DNA from: Takakia lepidozioides
Taxonomy: Eukaryota; Plantae; Bryophyta
Length of the DNA stretch: 64,000 nucleotides
Direction of reading: 5' to 3'
NCBI GenBank assembly: GCA_030704615.1
Contig: CM060732.1
Coordinates: 39,990,001-40,054,000, forward strand
The notes beneath the pieces are model-generated. The model did not search any database, was not told the origin of the DNA, and saw only the letters and a list, made by a program, of their open reading frames with translations. The translations under genes and the position numbers were made by a program. This document shows, in pieces, positions 38,957-49,600 of this stretch (positions are counted from its first letter, which is position 1; the number at the start of each line of letters is the position of its first letter).

Positions 38957-39299
38957 TTCCAGCTGTGACAGCTTGTCTTGCGGTGTACTCGTAATCTGGA
39001 GAGATCTCCAGCTGCGATGATACTTTGATAGGGTTGGGATAGTGGTTCTCACCAGGAGCTTCATTGTTGGAGAGTTGGCCCTGGGTGGCAAGATGGTCTC
39101 TGGTTGAAACATTGCGCGAGATGCTAAGTGGCCGTTTTGAAAGCCTGCAGCATGGGGGGATGGTGTGTTCACCACATTTCCTTATGTAATGTCGCCAGTG
39201 GCAGGACTGGCGTTGACTGGACGGGAGGGGTTTTTTCAGGCAGGGATGTACCAAACATGTTGAGCTGCGCATGCCGAACATTTGAAGCTCCAAGATCGC

Positions 39300-40250
39300 C
39301 GAGTTGAGCGCGAGTCACATTGGGGGTGGCCATCTTCAGGGTGATGGAAGCCATGTTCAAGGTCCACTTCAGCTGTAGCATATTGACAGAGTCGCTGGGG
39401 AGTCTATATGACCACTGCTGTATGGTCGTGTCTTTATACATGGTTTGACTTGGGTAGAACCGAGAGCTTGGGGGCAGCACGTAATAACGGGGGTTATGCT
39501 TGAGGTAGAAAGGCTGCTGAGCAGCCACAAAACCGTGTTGAACCTTGTTAGGCCTTCTGAGCGCATGAGGAGCTTGCAAGAGTGCAGCCGGAGGATAGAG
39601 ATCTGTACGCCAAACATGGTCCAGAAAATGGCAAAATCGCCAAGGTCAAGAGCCCTAGTAAGTAGAGAAGTTCACATGTTATTTCGGGCCATTCATACAT
39701 GTCACTGGCATATGGGAGCCCAAATCGTTTCGCATGTGAATAAGAATGTCAGCTACTTGGACTAATATCGCATGCGTCGTCGTATTGCCACTGTAGCAGG
39801 AGACTCCATTGGGTCTATGGTGATTCACAACACTCGTAGTTTGGCAGCCTGGAATGGTTGTCAAGATGCAAATAGTGATCAGGGTGTAGCTGAGCCACTG
39901 GGCCGGAAACTGATAAGTGTCGGTGCGCATAATGCGTTTCGCAGTCCGAAGAGCAGTCACTCGGAAGATGGGCGTAAGGAGAGCAGTTAGCTTGGTGGCG
40001 CCATAGTCGAGTGCAACAAGAGGACAGATAGCGTTGAAACAACATAGAACCAAAGAATGGAGACACCTAAAGAAGCGCAATAAACAATCGCAGCCCCACG
40101 AGAGGGGCTTGAGCATCAATAGCATTACAACGCTGCACGGTGGAATCATTTGATCTCCCCGCAACAGGGTGGGAGGTTCAGTCATGCGCATGAGAACTCC
40201 AGGGGCGCGGCTTGAACATGTACGCGGGTGGATAGCCGGTTGTGAACAAC
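39300..40250 (-). pseudogene. Possible heavily decayed PIF/Harbinger-ISL2EU (DDE_Tnp_4-like) transposase
   Basis: Weak motif order across frames: MLLMLK.LSWG...RFF, HRP...CYSG...HAILVQV, RNN..S.L...GDFAI.LDH, RFNTVL. No TIRs identified. Confidence 0.35.
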
Positions 40251-40589
40251 CATTGTAAACAACAGGATAAAAACAAAACAACACTAGAAACTATGGAAAG
40301 ATAGCTAAAACGGAGCATTGAAAGGAGGTTGATCTTGCGGAGTAGGTCAGTAGAAGGGAGAAGAGCAGCAGGGCAGCTGCGCAGCGCGACAAGCTGGAGC
40401 TTGCGCCATGGCGGCGGGTATCATCCACAGTATTAGGAAGTAGATATCAGGCCAATACGGGTATATGCTAGAGTCTTCTCTCTCTGCTAGGTGGTCTGGT
40501 ACTTCATATTAGTATACATACCAGTATTGATACCAGTTTCGTATCGGTATACCAGTCCAACACTGGTTTACACGGAGAGGGCCAGCGTT

Positions 40590-40836
40590 TCACCCTATCA
40601 CCGTTTTTTTTTGGCGAATTTTCGCCAAATGGCGACCTCAAAAAATAGAAAAGCATATTCTGTAGAAAATTCCATCTTTTCATAAATGAAATCGCCAAAT
40701 TTCTCCCAAAAAAATAAAATAATGGATGATATGAATGGATGCAAGAATGGATGTGGACGATTCTGTCCTAATTTGAATGGATGGACATAATATATGCCTA
40801 ATTTTTGCAAAACTCTGTAGCCACTCGTGCTATTTT
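40590..40836. mobile_element. AT-rich MITE-like remnant with palindromic TTTGGCGAATTTTCGCCAAA
   Basis: Palindrome at ~40610-40629, repeated TCGCCAAA and ATGGATG units; boundaries unclear. Confidence 0.4.
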
Positions 40837-41260
40837 TCGAATTTAAAAAAAAACTCTGGGCTTATATTTTAATCAGTTGATTCAGTGGGATTGTGGGCCC
40901 AAAAGCTCTAGTCTTGGGCCCATGATTTCTTGGGCAGGGCCCTCTTGTAAAGTGTAAACCGGCCCTAAACGTAGCTTGCTTTTGCTTGGTTTGACAAATC
41001 CTTAAGTCAAACCTCATCCTTCACCAAATGACTGGTCTTGGGAGGCCCACAGCTGCTCCACGGGCATGGCATGTGGGTTTCATGCCTGCGTAATGAAATT
41101 GAGGATTGTGATGTTGGGCCAAATGTAGTGATGTTGAGATTTAAAGGAATGGGTTGTCTCTTCCCTGGCTCCTTCCTTGATGTCTAATACCTCGTGATTC
41201 TTCTCTCTCGTGAAGAAGCCTTGTAGAAGACTAATCTTTGGAGTGTTTGTGAATTGCACA

Positions 41261-44200
41261 ATGGCGGATGTGCTGATACCTGTACAATACTTGGTAGAGA
41301 ATGGCCACCTGTGTGACGTTCCCAAAAGCTACATAATTCCGGAGGAAGACAGACCTTCGTGTGTGTCCATTGCTCCTGGATCGAGCACCAGGGCTTCAGC
41401 TCAGATCCCAGTAATCGATCTGCAAGGGAGCGAAGGTGAGGGCCGTTGGCGCATCCTGGAAGAAATTAGAAAAGCTGGTGAAGAGTGGGGCTTCTTTCAG
41501 GTGGTCAATCACGGGATCCCTTCTTCTCTGATGAAGAGCCAGCTGCAAGTAACTGCGGAATTCTTTCAGTTGCCACATGACGAAAAAATGTTGTATGCGA
41601 CGGACGAGATGCCTCGCCTGGGTGCACAAGGATATGGAAGCAAGATTGCATACTTCGAGGGGCTGGCATCAGATTGGGGAGATCAGATTCGGCATGCTGC
41701 TCTACCCGTGTCTTCGCGGCGATACGAATTGTGGCCCACAAATCCTCCTGCTTACAGGTCAGTACAATATCGACTCGATCCTGTCAGCACATCATTCCCC
41801 TGTATGTGAATAAACAGTGCGACTGAAACTTTTGGAGTCTTCAGACCGGACAAGGTTGACTTCTTAGTACAGTGGTTGACAAACAAACTTAAAGATTCTA
41901 AAGCAATTCTCGGCTGGAAATCGCCATCGTGGTGCACAAAATCTAGCAAATTCAAACTGCAACTGAAATAGGCTATGAATGCTATTTTTGTATCAGAGAC
42001 GTATGTCTGTGAAAACCGGTTTCTACCACCAGAGTGCTCAGCGACATTGATTGCCAGAATACTTTCATATAGAAACTGGCAAGGGTTATTGGCCATAAAT
42101 GCTTTACAATATGCTGGGTTGAGGAAAGATCATCATCCAATAGTCTGGGATATTTTGATATCAATGACTCGTACAGTGGCTCCTATATGTGGCAGCTTTG
42201 GCCGGAGTCCTCTCTCTCTCTCTCTCTGACTCTCTTTTGGGGTCTAGCTATTGGGCAAATCACACACATCAGATTGATGCTTGTGTGAAGGGATTTCTGG
42301 AGGATATCTGGAAATCTCAGATCAACTGTTTATTCCAAGGTAAATCGTACTACCGGTGTCAGCCCCTGACAAGGTAGTTTCTGTCCCTTTATGTTCCGTT
42401 CAAACTGGGCGCGGGGTCAATGGCCACAAGGCTACCGCAAACAATGTCTTATGAGTACAATCTCTGACTCCTAGAGTCTGCATTTTGATTGTTGTTGCGC
42501 AGTATTATGTCATTTATGAGTCTGATGATATGCAAAATGATTTGGCTGTGATCAATACTGCTGTAGGGAAACACAAGAGGAATTTATTGTGGAGGTGGAT
42601 TTGCTAGTACAAAAACTTTTGGGACTGCTCTCGGAGAGCCTTGGATTGAGGCCTTCTTCTCTTGAAGATTCATTCGGTGACTACCTGCAAAACCTCGTGG
42701 TGAACTATTATCCTGAGTGTCCTCAGCCAGATCTGGTTATGGGACTTCAAAAGCATTCAGACTTTGGTGGACTTACCCTACTTTTACAGGACGGGACCCC
42801 TGGTCTGCAAGTGCATAAGGCCGGAGAGTGGATCACTATAGAGCCCATCGAAGATGCATTCGTCGTCAACCTGGGTGATCAAATAGAGGTATGATCTAAT
42901 GACTCCCCATATCCTCTCTCTTGTCCTTGCTGCGGACCATCAAGAACATAGTCCCTGCACCTCTGATCACCAACTTTCAAAATCTCGAGGCTGAGCCTTG
43001 AGATGAGCTGAGTCTTATGACTACTCTCTTTTCCTTGCTGCCTCATGGAATCTGGGTGGCCAACAGCCTACTCCACCAGCTTCCACAGACCAGTCACAGT
43101 CAAGTTGTTGTTTGAGACCAGCTAGAGTCAAAGGCAAACTGGCAAAATAGAGTGGTTGTCTTGACAAAGGTATGACAGCTCCATGGAGGGATGATGATCC
43201 AGTTCGAATTGATTATGACCACTGGGTTACAGGATGATGCATGTGTAGGCATTGTTTTAATCTTCAGAACTCTCTCTCTCCCTTAATAGTCGCTCTTGGG
43301 CTGGTTGTGGCCCCTCTCTCTCTTCTTGTTTCTTGCTTCCTCGTGTCCCATAAGCTCTTTGAGCGTTCTGCGGATGTTATAGAGTAGCATTTCTTCCATT
43401 TCTCTCTCTCTGGTGTTTTATTTATTTCTTTCATATAGCTTTGTGGGCTGAGACCCCACAACTGGTTCTGGAGGGTTAATCTTCTGTGTAGACTAGGCTT
43501 TGAAGGGTAGTTTGAGAGGAAGAGACGCAAGCGTAACTTATGGTGTCACCTCACCTCGAAGGGGTACTGCCTTCCGCTTTGGAATGTGGACACCTTCTAA
43601 TGGCCGTAACTGGGGCAACGTGGTTGCCCAAGCCTCCCCAAAGACTCGGAAGTGTTCTGTTACCCACATGTTAAGTAACAGGTTGACCCAGTTACCCCCC
43701 TTAGCTGGGTTGGCTATAATGGGTGACATCCAACATACCCCTTCAATCCATGCCTACTTGTAAAGCGGCCTTGTGCCCTAACCATTTGGCCATCTTTTGG
43801 ATGCTAGGTAGTTTCACACATGTGGTGGAATTGGGATTACAGCAACTGTACTGGAATTTAAAATCACTTCGTAGGAAACTGATGTAAGTCAGTAAATACA
43901 TCAGACACAGCTCCCTGTAACTAGCATCCCAGCATGAGTGCCATGAAAATTTCTGGCTGTTTCCATACTCTCGTTCGTTGAACCATCATAATATGCTGCT
44001 GGGGAGGGTTGATATTCAGTGAGTGCCTTGCAAGCAAGGGTATGTGATAGCCAAATGTCCGCAGGAATATGGTCTCTCTCCCTCAAAAGAGACAGTGAAT
44101 GTAGTCACTCAGTCACTCCCATCACTGTGGACAGTTTAATGTGTTCATTACTCCTCCTTTGGTGTGTCAGATTTTGACTAACGGGAGGTACCCAAGTGTG

Positions 44201-44419
44201 GAACACCGCGCATATGTGAACAGCTCAAAGCCCCGGATATCAATTGTTGCCTTCAGCAGCCCTGCACTCGATGCTATCACTGCACCCATCACTGAGCTGA
44301 TTGATGAAGCCCACCCTGCCTTGTACAAAGCCTGTACATTTGCAGAATACAGGAGATTTTTCTTTGCCCGCGGATGTGACGGGAAAGCCCAACTCCAATC
44401 ATTAAAAATCTCCACATGA
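41261..44419 (+). CDS. 2-oxoglutarate/Fe(II)-dependent dioxygenase (DOXC class), copy 1; exons 41261-41757, 42567-42888, 44171-44419
   Basis: DIOX_N (IPVIDL, WGFFQVVNHGI), NYYP.CPQP, HSD, distal H (EHRA) and RIS 2OG-binding motif; in-phase GT-AG introns. Confidence 0.93.
42044..42226 (+). mobile_element. 3' end of a retroposon ending GCCGGAGTCC(TC)n in dioxygenase intron 1 (longer counterpart about 47415-47785)
   Basis: Shares the GTGGCTCYTA...GCCGGAGTCC(TC)n terminus with the TSD-flanked insert at 18699-18787. Confidence 0.55.
42231..42470 (+). mobile_element. Old 5'-truncated LINE 3' end (same family as 47786-51484)
   Basis: Encodes WANHTHQIDACVKGFLEDIWK and ends GTCTTATGAGTACAA-TCTCTGACTC like the long copy. 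Confidence 0.9.
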
Positions 44420-44827
44420 TTCTAGGATCCATCTCCTCCCGCTCTTAGATGTTTGTGTGTATCGCACACCCTTGGTCTGATGTCATGATTTATGTATCTG
44501 TATGCCTTTCGTCCTATTGAGGTGATATATAACAGTGGGAAATAAATATTTGATAGTAGGAAATAGTTGCTGAGTTCCTTCAATCTGTATAAACGATGAC
44601 TTTTCTCTATGCTATCAAAAGTTGGCTCTTGTCAAGAGAGTTGTAAAGAACTGCCCTCACCAGTATAGTGTCCTGGTGCCTCAGTATAGAGCTACAGCAA
44701 ATGTTTCACCAAGAATGCACGAATCTGTAGAGGCGTTATGTGTGAGAAAGAAATAAAGGAACTTTGGCACTACATAGAGAGAGAGACAATGTACTCATAA
44801 GACGTCGTTTGGCGTAGCCTTGTGGCC

Positions 44828-44830
<3 letters not shown>

Positions 44831-44860
<30 letters not shown>
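44831..44860. repeat. (GA)n microsatellite (shorter counterpart about 54107-54128)
   Basis: Direct reading. Confidence 0.9.
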
Positions 44861-44863
<3 letters not shown>

Positions 44864-46631
44864 TGAACTGAAATGAAATGGTACTTTATAAGGCCGGCGG
44901 AAAGCTCAAAGAGCTTATGGGACAAAATGGAAAAAAACATGAGGAAACAAAACCGGAGCCAAAAATCAGCTCAAAAGCAACTACTGCTGAAGGGATTGTC
45001 TAAGGGTCAAGGAGAGAGAGAGAGAGAGTGAGAATTAGTTTTGTGTTGCACAATTGGAATGTTGAGAAGCTGCATCATCATTGCATGATGTGGACGCACG
45101 GGCTGTGTAAGTTCTGCTACCACCATAGCTGGACAAAGATGTAACAAACTAACAGGGTGTACAGGGAGGCTGCAGTGTCATACACCCTTGTTGTGACTGC
45201 ACCCTTGAACCTCCCAGCCTCTTGTTCTGCATTAGCTTCCAGCACACACAACCTCACCATGATGCACCTGTTGAGCCATTTCATTATCTGACTTGGATCA
45301 AGTGACAGAAGTACCATGACTGCAACATCATCGTGAACAGAATGAGAGCGAGAGACACAATGACAACCTACCTACATGCCACTCTGTAAATTTGAACACG
45401 TTTATCTCAAGAGAAAGATCGCATGTAAAAGGGACATTTGAGAAAGTGTGGTTGACAATGAGGTTTTCACGAGCAGGAGGATCAATTGCGTTGATGCGAG
45501 CTCATAGTCATTGCACATGGACCGAAACAAGAGCATGAACTCGAACATTCCATCGATAGAAACACTCTCGAGACTACGTGAGAGAGAAAGACCAAAGGGG
45601 TAGCTAGTCTGGGAGGGGCCTAGTAAGTCCATTTGACGAAGCCTTCAGATGGAAGTAGACCAAAGTACAGTACCACCGTGGGCGACCGAGGACAGTGAGC
45701 GAAGATGACTTCCACAGAGGCCTACAGAGTACCTATTACGCAATTCATAGCTACTTGCAGTTGAAGAGAAATATCAGACCTAAGCGCTTGTGCAAGAAGC
45801 TACAGATCTTATATATACTTCTTGTCGATGTAACTTCAATGCCGAGATCAACCTGCTGCACGAGCATCTATCTGAATACAAGATCCAATCCGTATGGACG
45901 TCGTTCTTACTTCATTCCAGACTCTCCCTCTCTTTGAACGACGTTGGGTGATTGTCGGTCATCTATCTTACTCAAATGGGTTCGTTTGTAATCCACCGGC
46001 TGCTGCCACGCTTGACTCGTCGACCAACTTCCGGCACTCTCCCATTTGTTGCGTATGACTATAGCCAGCAGTGCCGGAATCCACACTTGCAGTCATTGAG
46101 ATTTTCCAGCACGGCAGAGGACAGCTGCGAGGGATCCTGGGCCAGACCTTCATCATGGCTGCAGAGTCTGAAGGGAGTGATGGTCAGATTCTGTCAAATT
46201 CGAAAAAAACTCTGGGCCCGATGCCTTGAAAATTATATTTTAATCAATTGATTCAGTGGGATTGTGGGCCCAAAAGCTCTAGTCTTGGGCCCATGATTTC
46301 TTGGGCAGGGGCCTCTTGTAAAGTGTAAACCGGCCCTAAACGTAGCTTGCTTTTGCTTGGTTTGACAAATCCTTAAGTCAAACCTCATCCTTCACCAAAT
46401 GACTGGTCTTGGGAGGCCCACAGCTGCTCCACGGGCATAGCATGTGGGTTTCATGCCTGCGTAATGAAATTGAGGATTGTGATGTTGGGCCAAATGTAGT
46501 GACGTTGAGATTTAAAGGAATGGGTTGTCTCTTCCCTGGCTCCTTCCTTGATGTCTAATACCTCGTGATTCTTCTCTCTCGTGAAGAAGCCTTGTAGAAG
46601 ACTAATCTTTGGAGTGTTTGTGAATTGCACA

Positions 46632-49600
46632 ATGGCGGATGTGCTGATACCTGTACAATACTTGGTAGAGAATGGCCACCTGTGTGACGTTCCCAAAAGC
46701 TACATAATTCCGGAGGAAGACAGACCTTCGTGTGTGTCCATTGCTCCTGGATCGAGCACCAGGGCTTCAGCTCAGATCCCAGTAATCGATCTGCAAGGGA
46801 GCGAAGGTGAGGGCCGTTGGCGCATCCTGGAAGAAATTAGAAAAGCTGGTGAAGAGTGGGGCTTCTTTCAGGTGGTCAATCACGGGATCCCTTCGTCTCT
46901 GATGAAGAGCCAGCTGCAAGTAACTGCGGAGTTCTTTCAGTTGCCACATGACGAAAAAATGTTGTATGCGACGGACGAGATGCCTCGCCTGGGTGCACAA
47001 GGATATGGAAGCAAGATTGCATACTTCGAGGGGCTGGCATCAGATTGGGGAGATCAGATTCAGCATGCTGCTCTACCTGTGTCTTCGCGGCGATACGAAT
47101 TGTGGCCCACAAATCCTCCTGCTTACAGGTCAGTACAATATCGACTCGATCCTGTCAGCACATCATTCCCCTGTATGTGAATAAACAGTGCGACTGAAAC
47201 TTTTGGAGTCTTCAGACCAGACAAGGTTGACTTCTTAGTACAGTGGTTGACAAACAAACTTAAGGATTCTAAAGCAATTCTCGGCTGGAATCGCCATTGT
47301 GGGGCACAAAATCTAGCAAATTCAAATTGCAACTGAAATAGGCTATGAATGCTATTTTTGTATCAGAGACGTATGTCTGTGAAATCCGGTTTCTACCACC
47401 AGAGTGCTCAGCGATTATGTACCTGATTAGCAAGGAGATGCCGGAAAGCAGCGGCATGCCCATGAAAACATCATTGATCTATGGAGGTTTGCCTTCACCA
47501 CAGATGGATTTGGTGAGCTGTAAGTAGATCTGAACTTAGCCAGAGATGGCTGGTTGCATAAACACACAGACAGTGATTGCCAAACACAGAGACATTGATC
47601 GCCAGAATACTTCCATGTAGAAACTGGCAAGGGTTATTGGCCATAAATGCTTTACAATATGCTGGGTTGAGGAAAGATCATCATCCAATAGTCTGGGATA
47701 TTTTGATATCAATGACTCGTACAGTGGCTCCTATATGTGGCAGCTTTGGCCGGAGTCCTGACTCTCTGACTCTCTGACTCTCTCTACACGGGGTAATTGT
47801 CCCCAAGCGGTCTGACGGACAATATACCCCTAAGTGTGCGGAGCCTGTGCGTCGTGTAACTGAAGGATTTGGTACCCTGAATGGTTTACCAATTCTCAAA
47901 GTTTACACAAGACGAGCAAAATCTACACATGGGGTAACTGTCCCCCCTTTGCAGAACGGTGGGCCGTCCAGGAGCAATCACAAGCTACCTAGACGACAAA
48001 CAATTCACAGCAAAGGGCTGGCTTGCGGCTGGCCACTTTCAACTTCTCAGGGATTACTAACCAAAGGAAACAACTCGAAGTGGGACAAGTCCTTCAGACT
48101 AATGAAATTCATATCTGTGCTGGGCAAGAAACATGGGAAACGTCGGATAAACTGGTTGGAGATGTCAGTGGTTATAAATGGGCAGGTAGGATGTGTACTC
48201 TCAAGGCAGCCTCTGCCAAACGCGGTCAAAAAGGGGTTGGATTCTTTGTCCGTGATTTCACAATTATCAACAAGGGTTTGAGGTACGAGCATAGTATCTG
48301 GCTAAAACTGAATCTGAAGGGCGGCATGAGTACGAAGGACCTCTTTGTGGGTTGGGTGACTTCAATGCCCGGGTGGGCAAAGGGCTCCATCAGGATGATA
48401 TCATTGGGCCTTTTGGTGAGGATGAGCTGAATTCTAATAGCAGACGGTTAATTAACTGTCTGGAAGAGCTTCAGCTTTTGACCTTGAATAACAGGACAAG
48501 AGGTGACCAAGTGCAGTGGACTCGTGAGAAATCCCAAACTGGGGAACGTTCCATTGTGGACTATATCATAATGGACAAAAATTTGTTTCCCCAGTGTGCC
48601 AATGTGTTGATCGACAGAACTGATATTGGTACCTCTGACCACTTCCTGGTTTGGACTGAGATCAAAAGGTGTTTTCCCAACACCAAGAGATCTGTGAAAC
48701 GTTCGATTCGGAAGTGGCGCATAGAAAAATTCCATAATGAGGAGGTCAAGGCTGAGTACGTCCAGGCCTTGCAAGGGGCTCTCCCTCATTTTGTCCAATC
48801 ACTCCAAGAACTTCAGTCTCGCTCTGACAACGCAAGAAATGAAGTCGAAAGAGCAGTGGACTCTTGGGAGAGTTTCGTCTCCTCCGTGGCTGACAAGATC
48901 ATTGGGAGGAAACTAATTGTCTGCGGTAGAGCTGTTAATTGGTGGACCAATGAGATCAAACTCAAGATAGCTGAGAGACGAGCCCTCTATAAAGAGTGCT
49001 GCAATTTGAAAACCAACAGAGAATTGTGGGCGAGGTATTATCAGCTCCGGAAAGATATCAATCAGCTTGTTAGGTCTCAGAAGAAATTATACTGGGATAA
49101 GTTATACAGTGAAATAAACTCAAACCACCATGATAGTAATGACAAGAAATTCTGGTTGGCCCTTCAACGTTTGTACAAGCCTAAAAACGGTCAGCAAGTA
49201 CAAGCGCTGAAGACTACTAAAGGTGCAGTGGTGACTTCATCGGTTGACATTGTCAAAACCTTTGAAAATCACTACAGTATCCTTGGCAGAACTTCTAGGT
49301 CTAACAGTGAGGGGTCTTCTGCTGAATGGAGGGACACAGTTGGAAAAACTGTTCCTATGATTCAAAACAGCCCTGGAGTATATTTCAATGGCTTATAACG
49401 CTCCCATTAGTTCTTCTGAGATTGTGGAAGCAATTGAACATTTAAATGGATATAAAGCTGGTGGACCTGATGGTATTGTCAACGAGCTTATCAAGCACGG
49501 TGGTGATCCCATGATAGAGGCCCTAGTTCTCCTCTTTAACCTTATCTGGAAGACTGAAATGATCCCCTTTCGCTGGCGACAGGGGGTCATTGTCAATCTA

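Larger units (their letters stand above)
40837..46191 (+). repeat. Tandem segmental duplication, unit 1 (~5.35 kb)
   Basis: Near-identical to 46199-55480 except for the 3.7-kb LINE and an ~175-bp indel. Confidence 0.95.

Noticed and set aside
45695-46190. Coding-looking ORFs repeated at 54973-55593
   Set aside because: Conservation is explained by the recent duplication; the frames differ between copies and no domain is recognised.
47786-47870. Hammerhead or HDV ribozyme call at the LINE 5' end
   Set aside because: CTGACGG does not match CUGANGA, there is no GAAA core, and I could not assemble the HDV nested pseudoknot; kept only as a structured leader.
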